From an uncultured Candidatus Saccharibacteria bacterium (GTDB lineage Bacteria > Patescibacteriota > Saccharimonadia > Saccharimonadales > UBA10212), in contig CAZPFQ010000001.1 of the NCBI GenBank assembly GCA_964585885.1, positions 67,220 through 131,219 on the forward strand: a stretch of DNA of 64,000 nt, in the 5' to 3' direction. Shown one piece after another: positions 36,062-46,403 of the stretch. The notes under the pieces were generated by a model that was not told where the DNA came from, ran no database searches, and saw only the letters and a program-made list of their open reading frames with translations. The stretch's first letter is position 1. Each line of letters starts with the position of its first letter. Position numbers and translations under genes: made by a program.

Positions 36062-37009
36062 CTATAGCTCCAACTCGGCCATCTTCTCTTTTACTTCTTC
36101 GAGAGCTTTGTTGCCGAAACCTTTCAAGTCGCGTAATTCGGCTTCGCTCAACGATAGCAAGTCTTTAATCGTGTGGATTTCGTTATTGACCAAAGCGTTG
36201 GTGGTCCGAGCACTCAAATTCAAATCTTCGATTGACGTCATCAATTCCGCAGGCTCGTCTGATTCTTCGCCTATTAGAGGGCTCTCTTGGACGCTGCTTA
36301 GCGAACCGGTGGTCTCGACGCTGGTCTGGCCCGCTAGAGCTGAATATTGACTGACGAGTATGGCAGAGGCTTCCTCGAAAGCATCTCGAGGTGTCAAGGA
36401 GCCATCAGTAGTAACGGTGAGCAGTAATTTGTCTAAGTCTGTGATCTGCCCTACTCGAGTATTTTCAACTTTGTATCTCACTCGAAGAACCGGCGTGAAC
36501 AAAGCGTCGAGCAGTATCATGTCTGAAAGTTTCTTGCCTGCTGCTTGCTCGTCAAGCGCTCTGTAGCCACGGCCCGTTTCAACCATGATTTCGACATTAA
36601 TCGAAGCTTTGGGATCATCTATAGTGCAAATTATTTGATCCGGATTCACAAGCTCCACATCGGCATTGAGCTGGAGATCCTTGGCCTTCACTACACTTTT
36701 GCCTTTTTTACTTAGGCTCAAAACCTGGGCTTCATCGCTGTAGACTTTAAAGCGAATCGATTTAAGGTTGAGCATCATGGCTACAACATCTTCCTTTACT
36801 CCTGGGATTGTTGTGAACTCATGGCTGACTCCGTCTATACGGAACCCAGTGACTGCCGCGCCGGCGATACTTGAGAGTAGTACTCGCCGCAGGCTGTTAC
36901 CTAGAGTCATACCGTAACCACTTTGAAGGGGTTCGACTGTGAAAGTCGCTGTCCTGTCGTCGTGGTCGGTCACTGTTGATAGTGTTGGTGTGTGGATTGC
37001 GTTACTCAT
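36062..37009 (-). CDS. rpoA: DNA-directed RNA polymerase subunit alpha
   Basis: 315 aa; NTD (GNSLRRVLLSSI) and CTD (LNLSARTTNAL). Confidence 0.95.
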   Translation of the reverse strand: MSNAIHTPTLSTVTDHDDRTATFTVEPLQSGYGMTLGNSLRRVLLSSIAGAAVTGFRIDGVSHEFTTIPGVKEDVVAMMLNLKSIRFKVYSDEAQVLSLSKKGKSVVKAKDLQLNADVELVNPDQIICTIDDPKASINVEIMVETGRGYRALDEQAAGKKLSDMILLDALFTPVLRVRYKVENTRVGQITDLDKLLLTVTTDGSLTPRDAFEEASAILVSQYSALAGQTSVETTGSLSSVQESPLIGEESDEPAELMTSIEDLNLSARTTNALVNNEIHTIKDLLSLSEAELRDLKGFGNKALEEVKEKMAELEL

Positions 37010-37029
37010 AATATTTAGTTATTTCCTCC

Positions 37030-37647
37030 TTAACGTGAATAGTACTCAATTATTAATTGCTCTTTAATGTCAGGCTCAGCGTCTTCACGGTTAGGCAAAG
37101 CACTGACCTTCATTTCGACCTTCTTGCGGTCAACTTTCAGCCACTGTGGGATATTGGCGGGAGAGGGGCTGAGGTCGTCTATGTGCTTAAAGTACTCATT
37201 GGATTTGCTGTGGTCTCTTAAGCTAATCGCATCACCGATATCAAGCCTAATGGAAGGAATATCTATCCGGCGTCCATTTAGCATAAAGTGCCCGTGTGTA
37301 ACTAGCTGGCGTGCTGCTCGTCGAGAAGTTGCAAACCCTCCTCTGTAGATAGCATTATCGAGCCGTCTTTCCAAAAATTCCAGCATCTTGTCCCCCGATT
37401 GGCCGGTCGCTCGCGAGGCTTCGGCGATAAGCTTGGCAAATTGGCGTTCGAGTAAGCCATACAGCCGTTTAACTTTCTGTTTCTCTCTTAACTGAAGAGA
37501 GTATTGGCTGGATTTAATCCGTCGATTGGATCGGCCGTGCTGGCCTGGTATTGTTGAGCGCTTGACCAATGCCTTGTGGGCTTTGGGATGAAGCGCATAA
37601 CCTTCTCGGCGTGATCTCTTTACAATTGGTTCCAAATCTCTTGCCAT
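37030..37647 (-). CDS. rpsD: 30S ribosomal protein uS4
   Basis: YSLQLREKQK and S4 domain; alpha-operon position. Confidence 0.95.
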   Translation of the reverse strand: MARDLEPIVKRSRREGYALHPKAHKALVKRSTIPGQHGRSNRRIKSSQYSLQLREKQKVKRLYGLLERQFAKLIAEASRATGQSGDKMLEFLERRLDNAIYRGGFATSRRAARQLVTHGHFMLNGRRIDIPSIRLDIGDAISLRDHSKSNEYFKHIDDLSPSPANIPQWLKVDRKKVEMKVSALPNREDAEPDIKEQLIIEYYSR

Positions 37648-37652
37648 AATAG

Positions 37653-38096
37653 TTATCCTCTTTTCGGTCTACGAACCCTAACGCCGCCGTGGGCGATGGT
37701 CGTTACGTCCTTTACGCTGTCAATATCGATATTTTGGCTGGATAAAGTACGTATGGCGGCTTCCCTGCCCATGCCGACACCTTTTACGAAAACATCTACT
37801 TTGCTCACACCGTATGACTGCTTGGCATTTGTAATAGCTCTTTCCGCGGCTATCTGGGCAGCGTAGGCGGTACCTTTTTTCGATCCCCGAAATCCGCTGC
37901 TACCGGCGCTAGACGTCGTTAGAACATTGCCGTTTGTATCGGTCACATTGATGATTGTGTTGTTAAAAGACGCCAAAACGTGCACTTGTCCTCTGGGTAC
38001 AGCCCGTCGGGCCTTTTTTTTCCTACGCTTCTTGGGAGCCTGTTCAACCTCAGCGGCTTGGGCTTCTTCGGATATCTTTAGTTCTTCTTCAGCCAT
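37653..38096 (-). CDS. rpsK: 30S ribosomal protein uS11
   Basis: ASFNNTIINVTD and GFRGSKKGT blocks; short acidic/basic N-terminal extension. Confidence 0.95.
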   Translation of the reverse strand: MAEEELKISEEAQAAEVEQAPKKRRKKKARRAVPRGQVHVLASFNNTIINVTDTNGNVLTTSSAGSSGFRGSKKGTAYAAQIAAERAITNAKQSYGVSKVDVFVKGVGMGREAAIRTLSSQNIDIDSVKDVTTIAHGGVRVRRPKRG

Positions 38097-38106
38097 AGTT
38101 CTTACC

Positions 38107-38493
38107 TTAAGTCTTCGCTGGAGCTTTCTTAGCTGTCCCGCCGACCGTTATTTTTTTGCCTCGCTTGGTTCGGGCGTTAGTTCGTGTTCTCTGACCACGT
38201 ACTGGCAGACTGGATGTGTGACGCAGGCCTCTATAGGCATTAATGTCGCGCAGACGTTTTATATTTCCGGTCACGACTCGTTGGAGTTCACCCTCAACCG
38301 TGTAATCAGCATTGATAACATCCTGGATTTTCGACAACTCGCTACCAGTCAGATTTTTGACTCGGACTGTCGGGTCAATTCCGGATGTTTTTAGGATATC
38401 GTGGCTGGTTTTTGGGCCAATCCCATATATGTAGGTAAGGGCAACCCAAACTTGCTTGGAATCCGGAATTGTAACACCAGCTAACCTCGCCAT
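38107..38493 (-). CDS. rpsM: 30S ribosomal protein uS13
   Basis: MARLAGVTIP start. Confidence 0.95.
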   Translation of the reverse strand: MARLAGVTIPDSKQVWVALTYIYGIGPKTSHDILKTSGIDPTVRVKNLTGSELSKIQDVINADYTVEGELQRVVTGNIKRLRDINAYRGLRHTSSLPVRGQRTRTNARTKRGKKITVGGTAKKAPAKT

Positions 38494-38495
38494 GC

Positions 38496-38612
38496 TTAAC
38501 CCTGCCTCTGTTTATGCTTAGGTTTTTTCTTGTTAATGACATAGAGTCTGCCTTTGCGGCGGACAATAATATCATCGGGACTAATTTTTTTGACGCTAGC
38601 ACGCACTTTCAT
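38496..38612 (-). CDS. rpmJ: 50S ribosomal protein bL36, cysteine-free (C-minus) form
   Basis: Not in ORF track. Manual translation [38 protein letters not shown]; sits in the canonical infA-rpmJ-rpsM slot. Confidence 0.9.
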   Translation of the reverse strand: MKVRASVKKISPDDIIVRRKGRLYVINKKKPKHKQRQG

Positions 38613-38651
38613 GCGGATCACTCCTCTATGCTAAAGCTGTGACACTCTGCT

Positions 38652-38873
38652 TTAATTTTCGCGGTAGGTTATCCGACCCTTCGTCAGATCGTAAGGTGTC
38701 AATTCAACCTTGACGCGGTCGCCTGGGACTAATCGGATGTAGTTCTTCCGCATTCGGCCGGCGACGTGAGCTATAATTACATGGCCATTTTCGAGCTCGA
38801 CTCTGAACTGCGTGCCCGGCAGTGCTTCTGCGATCACACCGCTCAGCTCGATAACCTCTTTTTCCACGGCCAT
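38652..38873 (-). CDS. infA: translation initiation factor IF-1
   Basis: 73-aa S1-like ORF (FRVELENGH...RITYR). Confidence 0.95.
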   Translation of the reverse strand: MAVEKEVIELSGVIAEALPGTQFRVELENGHVIIAHVAGRMRKNYIRLVPGDRVKVELTPYDLTKGRITYREN

Positions 38874-38922
38874 AAATATAACCTGATAATACTACCACGG
38901 CCGCTCAGGGGTTGTAAAGGGT

Positions 38923-40446
38923 TTATTTTTTACGATTTCTTTTGGGCCGAGGGATAAAGCGCAAACGACGAGCACCTAAAGCACCAGTGGCTCCATCCGA
39001 TTCATAAAAGTAATCGGGCTGCTCATATTGATCGTATGTGATCATAAGGGCTCTGGATTCAACCTGTCGCAATGTCTCAAGCGATACAGACACCAAGATG
39101 AGTATACTCGTACCGCCAATGGCAATATTCTGGTTAATATATATTTGCCCCAAAATCGGCATAACTGCCAATAGGCCCAGTGCAATAGCTCCAAAAAGCG
39201 TCAATCGATTGACGATTTTAGTTAGATATTTCTGAGTCTGGAGTCCCGAACGCACATTAGCGATAAATCCGCCTTGTTTTTGTAGATTCTCGGCTATCTC
39301 TTTAGAGTTAAACGTCACACCAGTGTAAAAGTATGTAAATAATATTACTAGTAAGAAATAGGTTAGCGGGTAGACCCAGGGTTTCCAACCGCCAGAAGCG
39401 AACGTTGAAGCTGAAGGATTCTGAAATAGTTGACTCAGAGACACACCAATTTTTTCTAGGTGGGTTGTAGCTGTTGCCGTTGCTCCTTGGCCGTGAGTAA
39501 GCAACTGTCCGACAAAACTTGGAACACTCAAAAAAGCAACCGCGAATATAATCGGAATAACCCCGGCGGTTATCAACTTTACCGGTAGAGTAGTAGTTAC
39601 ACCTCCATACGTACGGTTTCCCTGAACCCTTTTGGCATAATTAACTGTTAATCGGCGCGAAGCTTCATTTAACTTCACCACCGCCCATATAAGGAATATG
39701 GTCACTACAGACACAATCGCCATTAGCATTGTGCCGTGCTTGCTGAAATTGTGGTTAAATACAACCAATTTATCCGAAGTCGCAGCCGAGGAAGTCCAGT
39801 TGACGCTATGAGTCAATTCGCTGATTAAGCTAGGCAGACGGCTGACTATGCCGACTGTTATTAACAGGGATATACCGTTACCGATTGACTTTTCGGTTAT
39901 TAGCTCGCCCAACCACATCAAAATCATCGAGCCAGTAGTCAGGGCGGCAATCATAAGTACCCATTGTTGCATCGAGGTATTCGCTGTTATATCACCTATG
40001 CCCCCTAGGCTCTGGGCCTCTTGCCTAATAAGGTATATGATGCCGACGGACTGAATGACCGCCAGAGGAAAAGTTAAAATTCGAGTATATTGGTTTATCT
40101 TTTTACGGCCGTACTCCCCCTCTTTGTTCATATTCTCAAGCTTAGGCACGGCTTTTGTCAGTAGCTGCATGATAATAGAAGCGTTAATGTAAGGGCCTAA
40201 TCCGACTAGCATTATAGAAAAATTGGCCAGAGCTCCGCCCGAGAGGACATTTAAGAACCCGAGGAGATTATTAGAGCTCGTTTGAGTATATAAGTTCTCA
40301 AGAACCTGTTTTAGGGTGTGGGGGTCAGAAAGTGGGACAGGGATATGTGCCAGGATCCTGAAGACGAGCAACATACCAAGTACGGCCAAGATGCGCTTAC
40401 GCATCTCGCTGTGGCCTAAGGATTTAAGTATTATCCCCCAATTCAT
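38923..40446 (-). CDS. secY: preprotein translocase subunit SecY (507 aa, expanded loops and C-terminal tail)
   Basis: 10-TM SecY pattern downstream of rplO. Confidence 0.93.
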   Translation of the reverse strand: MNWGIILKSLGHSEMRKRILAVLGMLLVFRILAHIPVPLSDPHTLKQVLENLYTQTSSNNLLGFLNVLSGGALANFSIMLVGLGPYINASIIMQLLTKAVPKLENMNKEGEYGRKKINQYTRILTFPLAVIQSVGIIYLIRQEAQSLGGIGDITANTSMQQWVLMIAALTTGSMILMWLGELITEKSIGNGISLLITVGIVSRLPSLISELTHSVNWTSSAATSDKLVVFNHNFSKHGTMLMAIVSVVTIFLIWAVVKLNEASRRLTVNYAKRVQGNRTYGGVTTTLPVKLITAGVIPIIFAVAFLSVPSFVGQLLTHGQGATATATTHLEKIGVSLSQLFQNPSASTFASGGWKPWVYPLTYFLLVILFTYFYTGVTFNSKEIAENLQKQGGFIANVRSGLQTQKYLTKIVNRLTLFGAIALGLLAVMPILGQIYINQNIAIGGTSILILVSVSLETLRQVESRALMITYDQYEQPDYFYESDGATGALGARRLRFIPRPKRNRKK

Positions 40447-40531
40447 ATACGATTAAGTCCTAGCGAGCCGGCTCAAAGATCTTTTCGAAAACGGCTTTTT
40501 CCCTCATTAATTTAACCCTAGTATATCAGCA

Positions 40532-41002
40532 TCAAGCAGAGCTTTTTGACTTTTTAGGACGTGCTTGGCGCGTAGTCTTGACGAAACTACCGCCGGCTTT
40601 TTGAACAGCAACCGAAGCGTTAGACGAAATCGATTGCAGCCTAACTGTTTTTTTAGTCTTTACTTCCCCCTTTAGGAGTAGTTTCACGCTGGTGAATGGG
40701 TTATCAACTAGGCCGTTTTCGAAAAGCGCTTGATTATCTACAATAGTTTTTTTAATAGAATCTAATTGGCCAGTATAGACAACGTCTACGGGCTTTTTAA
40801 TAGAGCGAAAACCACGTAAATGAGGCAGGCGCATATAGAGGGGCATTTGCCCGCCCTCGAATCCGGGCCTGACTCCGCCACTTTTACGCGCGCCTTGCCC
40901 CTTAGTGCCCCGGCCGGCTGTTTTACCTTTACCAGCACTGATACCGCGTCCTATACGAGCAGCCTGCCTTTGTTTTTTTATAGTCAGCTCGTTATATTTC
41001 AT
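40532..41002 (-). CDS. rplO: 50S ribosomal protein uL15
   Basis: GRGTKGQGARKSG block; overlaps the rpsE stop by 4 nt, so there is no room for rpmD. Confidence 0.95.
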   Translation of the reverse strand: MKYNELTIKKQRQAARIGRGISAGKGKTAGRGTKGQGARKSGGVRPGFEGGQMPLYMRLPHLRGFRSIKKPVDVVYTGQLDSIKKTIVDNQALFENGLVDNPFTSVKLLLKGEVKTKKTVRLQSISSNASVAVQKAGGSFVKTTRQARPKKSKSSA

Positions 41003-41544
41003 AGCTTCACCTTTTTTTCATCTATTTTTAGCTTTGTTTTCGTCACTCCTGGAGAGCGACTAATCCAGTCCTTTGCCGGAACCATTTTCTGAAGAGCCGT
41101 GAGTGTTGCGTATGCAACGTTTGCTTTGTTGTTTGAACCAACGGATTTAGATAGTGCGTTCTCAACACCAATAACTTCGAGTATCGTACGCACTACTCCG
41201 CCGGCAATGATTCCAGTGCCTGGGGCCGCTGGAAAAAGCAAGATTCTAGCTCCCGAAACTTTGCCTTCAACTTCGTGCGTCAGAGTACCGCGATGTAAGG
41301 GCAACTTGATGAGATTTTTCTTAGCGACATCTGTGGCTTTATTAATTGCGGCCGTTACGTCGGCGCCTTTATTGATGCCGATACCAACCGAGCCTTTGTG
41401 GTCACCCACCACCACCAATGCCTGAAAGCGAAAACGCCGGCCGCCCTTAACTACGCGGGCAACTCGGTTGATAAAAACAACACGTTCGTCATACTTTTTT
41501 TCATCAGCAATCCCAATTGGCGCTCGTGTATTACGTTGATTCAT
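40999..41544 (-). CDS. rpsE: 30S ribosomal protein uS5
   Basis: VVKGGRRFRFQALVVVGD block. Confidence 0.95.
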   Translation of the reverse strand: MNQRNTRAPIGIADEKKYDERVVFINRVARVVKGGRRFRFQALVVVGDHKGSVGIGINKGADVTAAINKATDVAKKNLIKLPLHRGTLTHEVEGKVSGARILLFPAAPGTGIIAGGVVRTILEVIGVENALSKSVGSNNKANVAYATLTALQKMVPAKDWISRSPGVTKTKLKIDEKKVKL

Positions 41545-41545
41545 G

Positions 41546-41905
41546 TTAAAAATTCAAGCCTCCTTGCCTGGCTGCATCGGCCAAGCTTTTTATTCTGCCG
41601 TGATAAATTCTTGAGCCGCTATCAAGAACAACTTTGCCAATCTTGGCCTTAGTGGCCTTTTTGGCTATATCGGCCCCTACCCACTCAGCTGCTTGTGTCA
41701 TGGAGCCTTCCTGCGCGCGACCGATAGTAGTTGAAGAGACCAGAGTTTTACCACTGCTGTCATCGATTATCTGAGCGCTAATGTGCTTATTAGAAATATG
41801 AACGCTTAGGCGTGCTCTCTGGCTATGGTTATATATCCCGCGCCTGGTCCTAACACGACGCCTGGCGGCTACGCTCTGCTTATGGGCAAGCGAATCAGTA
41901 CTCAT
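41546..41905 (-). CDS. rplR: 50S ribosomal protein uL18
   Basis: L18-type ORF in the spc-cluster position. Confidence 0.93.
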   Translation of the reverse strand: MSTDSLAHKQSVAARRRVRTRRGIYNHSQRARLSVHISNKHISAQIIDDSSGKTLVSSTTIGRAQEGSMTQAAEWVGADIAKKATKAKIGKVVLDSGSRIYHGRIKSLADAARQGGLNF

Positions 41906-42448
41906 CTATGCAGCCTCCTTGCCGCTCTTACCGCTCTTGCGGAGGATTTGTTCGTCGACATATTTAATGCCTTTACCCTTGTACGGTTCCGGCTTCTTCA
42001 AGGCTCTAATTTCAGCCGCAACTTGTCCAACTTGCTGCTTGCTAATTCCACTTATGGTAATGATGTTTTGATCAACTGAGGCATTTACACCTTCAGGCAG
42101 TTTATAAATTACATCGTGCGAGAAACCAAGGCTAAAGCGCAGTTCTTGGCCTTGGGTTGCTACCCGATAACCGACGCCGTTAAGTTCGAGTTTGCGCTCA
42201 AATCCCTGGCTGACGCCATCTACCATATTCTTTATTAATGATCTTATGAGGCCATGTCTTGAGCGGTTGTATCTTTCGTCGTCTTCACGGCTTACCACAA
42301 CTTCATTGTCTTTAACATCAACCTTGATGCCGTTCAGAATCTGCTGTTGAAGTTCCCCTTTGGGACCGTTTGCAATAACCATACCGCGCTCAATAGAAAC
42401 CTTAACGCCGCTAGGTAGTTTTATTGGCTGTTTGCCAATCCGGCTCAT
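41906..42448 (-). CDS. rplF: 50S ribosomal protein uL6
   Basis: MSRIGKQPIKLPSGV start. Confidence 0.95.
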   Translation of the reverse strand: MSRIGKQPIKLPSGVKVSIERGMVIANGPKGELQQQILNGIKVDVKDNEVVVSREDDERYNRSRHGLIRSLIKNMVDGVSQGFERKLELNGVGYRVATQGQELRFSLGFSHDVIYKLPEGVNASVDQNIITISGISKQQVGQVAAEIRALKKPEPYKGKGIKYVDEQILRKSGKSGKEAA

Positions 42449-42449
42449 A

Positions 42450-42845
42450 CTAATAGACCTCGCATATTAACTCGCCACCCAATTTGCTCTTTTTGGCCTC
42501 AACACCAGACATCATACCCTTAGACGTAGAAATGACAACAATACCGCGTCCGCGCCTAACGGTAGGAATCTCTTTGGCCTCTACGTAGACGCGCCGTCCG
42601 GGACGGCTGAGCCGTTTGATTTCAGTTATTGTGGACGGTTGGCCAGCGATAGCTATCTCTATATCTAGTGATTTTCGACCTTCGACTTCTCTAACCTTAG
42701 CTGACTTAATGTAGCCATTGTCCACCAAAATTTTTGCGACAGCCTCCTTGACCTTAGAGTGTGGCATTTCAACGCTATGTTTATTAACCATCGCGGCGTT
42801 TCGGATCCGGCTAAACATGTCACTAATTGGATCTGTAGATACCAT
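42450..42845 (-). CDS. rpsH: 30S ribosomal protein uS8
   Basis: DPISDMFSRIRNA start. Confidence 0.95.
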   Translation of the reverse strand: MVSTDPISDMFSRIRNAAMVNKHSVEMPHSKVKEAVAKILVDNGYIKSAKVREVEGRKSLDIEIAIAGQPSTITEIKRLSRPGRRVYVEAKEIPTVRRGRGIVVISTSKGMMSGVEAKKSKLGGELICEVY

Positions 42846-42847
42846 AA

Positions 42848-43117
42848 TTACCAGCTACTCTTCGTTACACCAGGAATCTCGCCTCTCGACGCATATTCTC
42901 GGAAAGTTATCCGGCTAAGCCCGAATTGCCTCATATAGCCTCGCGGTCGACCGGTTATAGGGTCTCGGTTTTTACGTCTCGTGGGACTCGAGTTTCGTGG
43001 CAATCGCGCCAACCCATCAAGGTCGCCTGCGGCCTTTAGCTCAGCCCTTTTTACGGCGTACTTATCTATCATTTTTCGACGCTTGGTATCTCGCGCAATA
43101 TTAGATTTCTTAGCCAT
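42848..43117 (-). CDS. rpsN: 30S ribosomal protein uS14, long cysteine-free form
   Basis: 89 aa, ...[25 protein letters not shown]; no CxxC pairs. Confidence 0.93.
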   Translation of the reverse strand: MAKKSNIARDTKRRKMIDKYAVKRAELKAAGDLDGLARLPRNSSPTRRKNRDPITGRPRGYMRQFGLSRITFREYASRGEIPGVTKSSW

Positions 43118-43699
43118 TTAGTTATTCTCCTTTTCAAATGGTAAACCAAGCTTTTCCAGCAAGGCCCGTGAATGCTGCAACTTGAGTGAGTCGATTACGA
43201 AGGTCACTTGTATCCCGTGTGGAGTGGAGGTGTCTTCAAAGCTCAACTCCGGAAAAACTGACTGATCCGTAAATCCAAGATTATAATTGCCTTCTTTATC
43301 AAATGAGCGGCCGCTAACACCGTGAAAGTCGCGAAGGCGCGGTAGCACCAAATTTATTAGTCGGTCGGCAAACTCGTACATTCTATCACCCCTTAAAGTG
43401 GCCTTCAAGCCGATCTTGCTGCCTTCACGAAGTTTAAACGATGCAATTGATACCTTGGCGGTTGTTTCGATAGGTTGTTGCGCCGAAATTTTCCGCAATG
43501 TATTGGCCGCAACTTCTAGAAGCTTCTTTTCGTCTTTGGCACGCCCGAGTCCTACGCTTAAAACAATCTTCTTGAGTTTGGGGACCTGGTTAATATTGTC
43601 GAGTTTAAGTTCGGTTTTTAACTCTTCCGCATACTTTTGGCTATAGGTAGTCTTAAGGCGAGACGAATACGACGGTTTATTGGCGGTTTGCGTCGTCAT
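43118..43699 (-). CDS. rplE: 50S ribosomal protein uL5
   Basis: L5-type ORF in the spc-cluster position. Confidence 0.95.
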   Translation of the reverse strand: MTTQTANKPSYSSRLKTTYSQKYAEELKTELKLDNINQVPKLKKIVLSVGLGRAKDEKKLLEVAANTLRKISAQQPIETTAKVSIASFKLREGSKIGLKATLRGDRMYEFADRLINLVLPRLRDFHGVSGRSFDKEGNYNLGFTDQSVFPELSFEDTSTPHGIQVTFVIDSLKLQHSRALLEKLGLPFEKENN

Positions 43700-44025
43700 T
43701 TTATCTCCTTCATCGAAGATTTAACCATACGCTTTTTGGTGCCAGCCTCATCGGTCTTGTAGACAACGCGAGACGGCTTCTTGGATGTTGAGTCTATAAT
43801 ACCCACCTTGGAGACCCAAATGGGCTTTGTGATCTCTACAATACCGCCTCGAGGATTGGCTTTTGTCGGTTTGTAGTGTCGCTTCACTACGTTTATCCCA
43901 TCTACAGTGACTTTATTTGACTTCGGGTAGACAGCCAGTACTTTTCCGGTTTTTCCAGTGTGCTTGCCACTACGAACCACCACGGTGTCGCCCTTTTTTA
44001 GCCTAATCTTGTATGTAGTTATCAT
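43696..44025 (-). CDS. rplX: 50S ribosomal protein uL24
   Basis: KOW motif [21 protein letters not shown]. Confidence 0.95.
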   Translation of the reverse strand: MITTYKIRLKKGDTVVVRSGKHTGKTGKVLAVYPKSNKVTVDGINVVKRHYKPTKANPRGGIVEITKPIWVSKVGIIDSTSKKPSRVVYKTDEAGTKKRMVKSSMKEIK

Positions 44026-44393
44026 AGGACCTCCGGCGCCAGAGATATTATGCGGCTGAAGCCACTTTCGCGCAGTTCACGCGGTACCGGTCCGAATATC
44101 CTAGTGCCACGCGGTGTTTTTCCGTCTTCTGCTAGAACCACAGCGGCATTATCATCAAACTTGATCGTTGAACCGTCTTTCCTGAGTAGCGGGTTCTTGG
44201 TCCTAACTATCACAGCACGTACTACTGTTTTACGTTTGACGCCACCAGTTGGGTTGGCCGTCTTAACGCTAGCAACGATAGTATCTCCAACTCGGGCATA
44301 GCGCCGGCGAGTGCCGCCGAGTACTCGTATACACTGCAGGCTTCTAGCACCGCTATTATCTGTCGCTACCAATTTAGTCTCCTGCTGTATCAT
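44022..44393 (-). CDS. rplN: 50S ribosomal protein uL14
   Basis: [16 protein letters not shown] start. Confidence 0.96.
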   Translation of the reverse strand: MIQQETKLVATDNSGARSLQCIRVLGGTRRRYARVGDTIVASVKTANPTGGVKRKTVVRAVIVRTKNPLLRKDGSTIKFDDNAAVVLAEDGKTPRGTRIFGPVPRELRESGFSRIISLAPEVL

Positions 44394-44779
44394 TTCTTAG
44401 CCTCATTCGTAGATTTATCGCCAGTTTTTTTCGACGTAGTTTTTTGGCCATTGGGTTTTTTAGGCTCAGCTGGCTTTTGCTTTTGTTGAATCTCTTCCAG
44501 CGGTACGTCGGCGGCGGCATCGGCTTCTTGAAAACGAGCCGATGATTTCTCAACTATCTTAAGGAGCATGAAGCGCTTTCGAGCACTCAAAGGGCGCGAT
44601 TCCTCTATAACGACAGTGTCCCCGACACTAGCTTCATTAGACTGGTCGTGGGCCATAAATTTTTGGTCACGCGTGTACTTCTTGCGATACAGAGGATGTG
44701 TTTTAGACATCTCAACCTTTACTACAATGGTTTTATTATTCTTATCGCTGACAACTACACCCGTAATTTGGCGGCTCAC
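44390..44779 (-). CDS. rpsQ: 30S ribosomal protein uS17 with about 50-aa C-terminal tail
   Basis: [17 protein letters not shown] core, then an acidic/basic low-complexity tail. Confidence 0.93.
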   Translation of the reverse strand: MSRQITGVVVSDKNNKTIVVKVEMSKTHPLYRKKYTRDQKFMAHDQSNEASVGDTVVIEESRPLSARKRFMLLKIVEKSSARFQEADAAADVPLEEIQQKQKPAEPKKPNGQKTTSKKTGDKSTNEAKK

Positions 44780-44979
44780 GATGAAGTCTCCTTTACTAAC
44801 TGTTCGCCTAGAACGGTTAAAACTCTGGCTAGATCTTTTCGCTTGGCGCGCAATACTCGGACATTCTGAACTTCGCCGCTATATAAACGGCGGCGTAGCT
44901 CGACGATTTCCTCACGCAATTTAGTCTGTTCGCTAGCCAGCTCAACAGTAGAAAGTTTTCTGATATCAGCCACTTTCAT
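44776..44979 (-). CDS. rpmC: 50S ribosomal protein uL29
   Basis: 67-aa helical ORF between rplP and rpsQ. Confidence 0.92.
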   Translation of the reverse strand: MKVADIRKLSTVELASEQTKLREEIVELRRRLYSGEVQNVRVLRAKRKDLARVLTVLGEQLVKETSS

Positions 44980-45395
44980 CGCTGCTCTCTCTTTACTATA
45001 AATGAGGTCTCGATTGGTAATTTATGTCCTGCCAGGCGCATGGCCTCACGCGCAACTTCTTCTGACACTCCGTCCATTTCGAACATAATAGTGCCGGGTT
45101 TAACCTTAGCCACGAAGTACTCAGGATTACCCTTACCACTTCCCATTTTGACGTCTTGCGGTTTCTTGGTCACCGGCGTATGAGGAAAAATTCTAATCCA
45201 TATCTGTCCGCCACGCTTAACATAACGGGTCATAGCCTGCCGGGCCGCCTCGATTTGGCGGCTGCTGATTCGTTGGGAGGCCATGGAAACCAGCCCGTAC
45301 GACCCATAAGCCAAATCATTAAGCGAAGTAGCTGTTCCGCCGTGAATCTTACCCTTGCGGTACTTGCGGTATTTAGTGCGAGACGGCATTAGCAT
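44976..45395 (-). CDS. rplP: 50S ribosomal protein uL16
   Basis: [15 protein letters not shown] start. Confidence 0.96.
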   Translation of the reverse strand: MLMPSRTKYRKYRKGKIHGGTATSLNDLAYGSYGLVSMASQRISSRQIEAARQAMTRYVKRGGQIWIRIFPHTPVTKKPQDVKMGSGKGNPEYFVAKVKPGTIMFEMDGVSEEVAREAMRLAGHKLPIETSFIVKREQR

Positions 45396-46024
45396 CAGTT
45401 TTCTCCCCTATATATCCAAACTTTGACACCGATGATACCAGCTCCAGGATATAGTGCTCTCGCACTTGCGTAATCGACATCTGCCCGTATGGTTCCAAGA
45501 GGTACGCTTCCTTGAGCTTCCTTTTCACGACGACTCATCTCCATGCCGCCAAGGCGACCGGAAATCTGGATTCTCACACCTTTGGCGCCAGATCGCATGG
45601 CCGCAGCCGCCGCCTGCTTCATAGCCCTACGATAGGCAATTCGTCTCTCAAGCTGATGGGCAATATTTTCGGCCACAAGCTTAGCTTGCAGTTCGGCGCG
45701 TTTGATTTCCTCAATATTAACTCTTACGGGAACGGCGTATATCTTTTCTATCTCGTTTTTTAGCTCAGTGGCGCCAATTCCGCCGCGGCCAATCACGACA
45801 CCAGCTTTGGCTGTTTGTATGGTAACTGTTACTAGATTTGGTGAGCGCTCGATGTCAACTTTATTAATAGCGGCTCGGGTACCCAGCTTCTTTTCAATCA
45901 AGCTTCGGGCCGCCAGATCCTGGCCCAGGTATGTAGCGTAATCTTTCTTGCCAGCGAACCACTTGCTTCGCCAATCTTTATTAACCTGCAGGCGCAGGCT
46001 TATTGGGTTCACTTTTTGGCCCAT
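45395..46024 (-). CDS. rpsC: 30S ribosomal protein uS3
   Basis: [12 protein letters not shown] start, KH domain. Confidence 0.96.
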   Translation of the reverse strand: MGQKVNPISLRLQVNKDWRSKWFAGKKDYATYLGQDLAARSLIEKKLGTRAAINKVDIERSPNLVTVTIQTAKAGVVIGRGGIGATELKNEIEKIYAVPVRVNIEEIKRAELQAKLVAENIAHQLERRIAYRRAMKQAAAAAMRSGAKGVRIQISGRLGGMEMSRREKEAQGSVPLGTIRADVDYASARALYPGAGIIGVKVWIYRGEN

Positions 46025-46401
46025 TACTTTGTCTCCTTTTTCTTGGCGGCCGGTTTCTTAGGTTGACGCTTATCACCGTCAACCACTACCGTTATGTGAC
46101 TGGTTTTCCGGGCATAGCGTAATGCTCTTCCGCGAGCAGCTGGGCGAAAACGCTTATAACGAGGGCCGGCTGTGACTGTCAGTTGGCTAATATACAAACT
46201 TTCGGGCTTGAATTGATGATTATGCTCTGCATTAGATTTAGCACTTAAAATGGTCTTTCGCAGGGATGACGCTGACCGCCTCGGAGTATGCTCAAGAATA
46301 GCCAGCGCATCATGTACGCTACGGCCTCTGACTACGGCGGCTACGGCACTGAGTTTACGCGGGCTATGCCGAACGGCGCTCGATGTGGCTTTTACGCTCA
46401 T
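46024..46401 (-). CDS. rplV: 50S ribosomal protein uL22
   Basis: L22-type ORF between rpsS and rpsC. Confidence 0.94.
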   Translation of the reverse strand: MSVKATSSAVRHSPRKLSAVAAVVRGRSVHDALAILEHTPRRSASSLRKTILSAKSNAEHNHQFKPESLYISQLTVTAGPRYKRFRPAARGRALRYARKTSHITVVVDGDKRQPKKPAAKKKETK

Positions 46402-46403
46402 AA

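Noticed and set aside
38375-38602. 75-aa track ORF overlapping rpsM and the infA-rpsM gap.
   Set aside because: Wrong frame. The gap is explained by the 38-codon rpmJ at 38496-38612.
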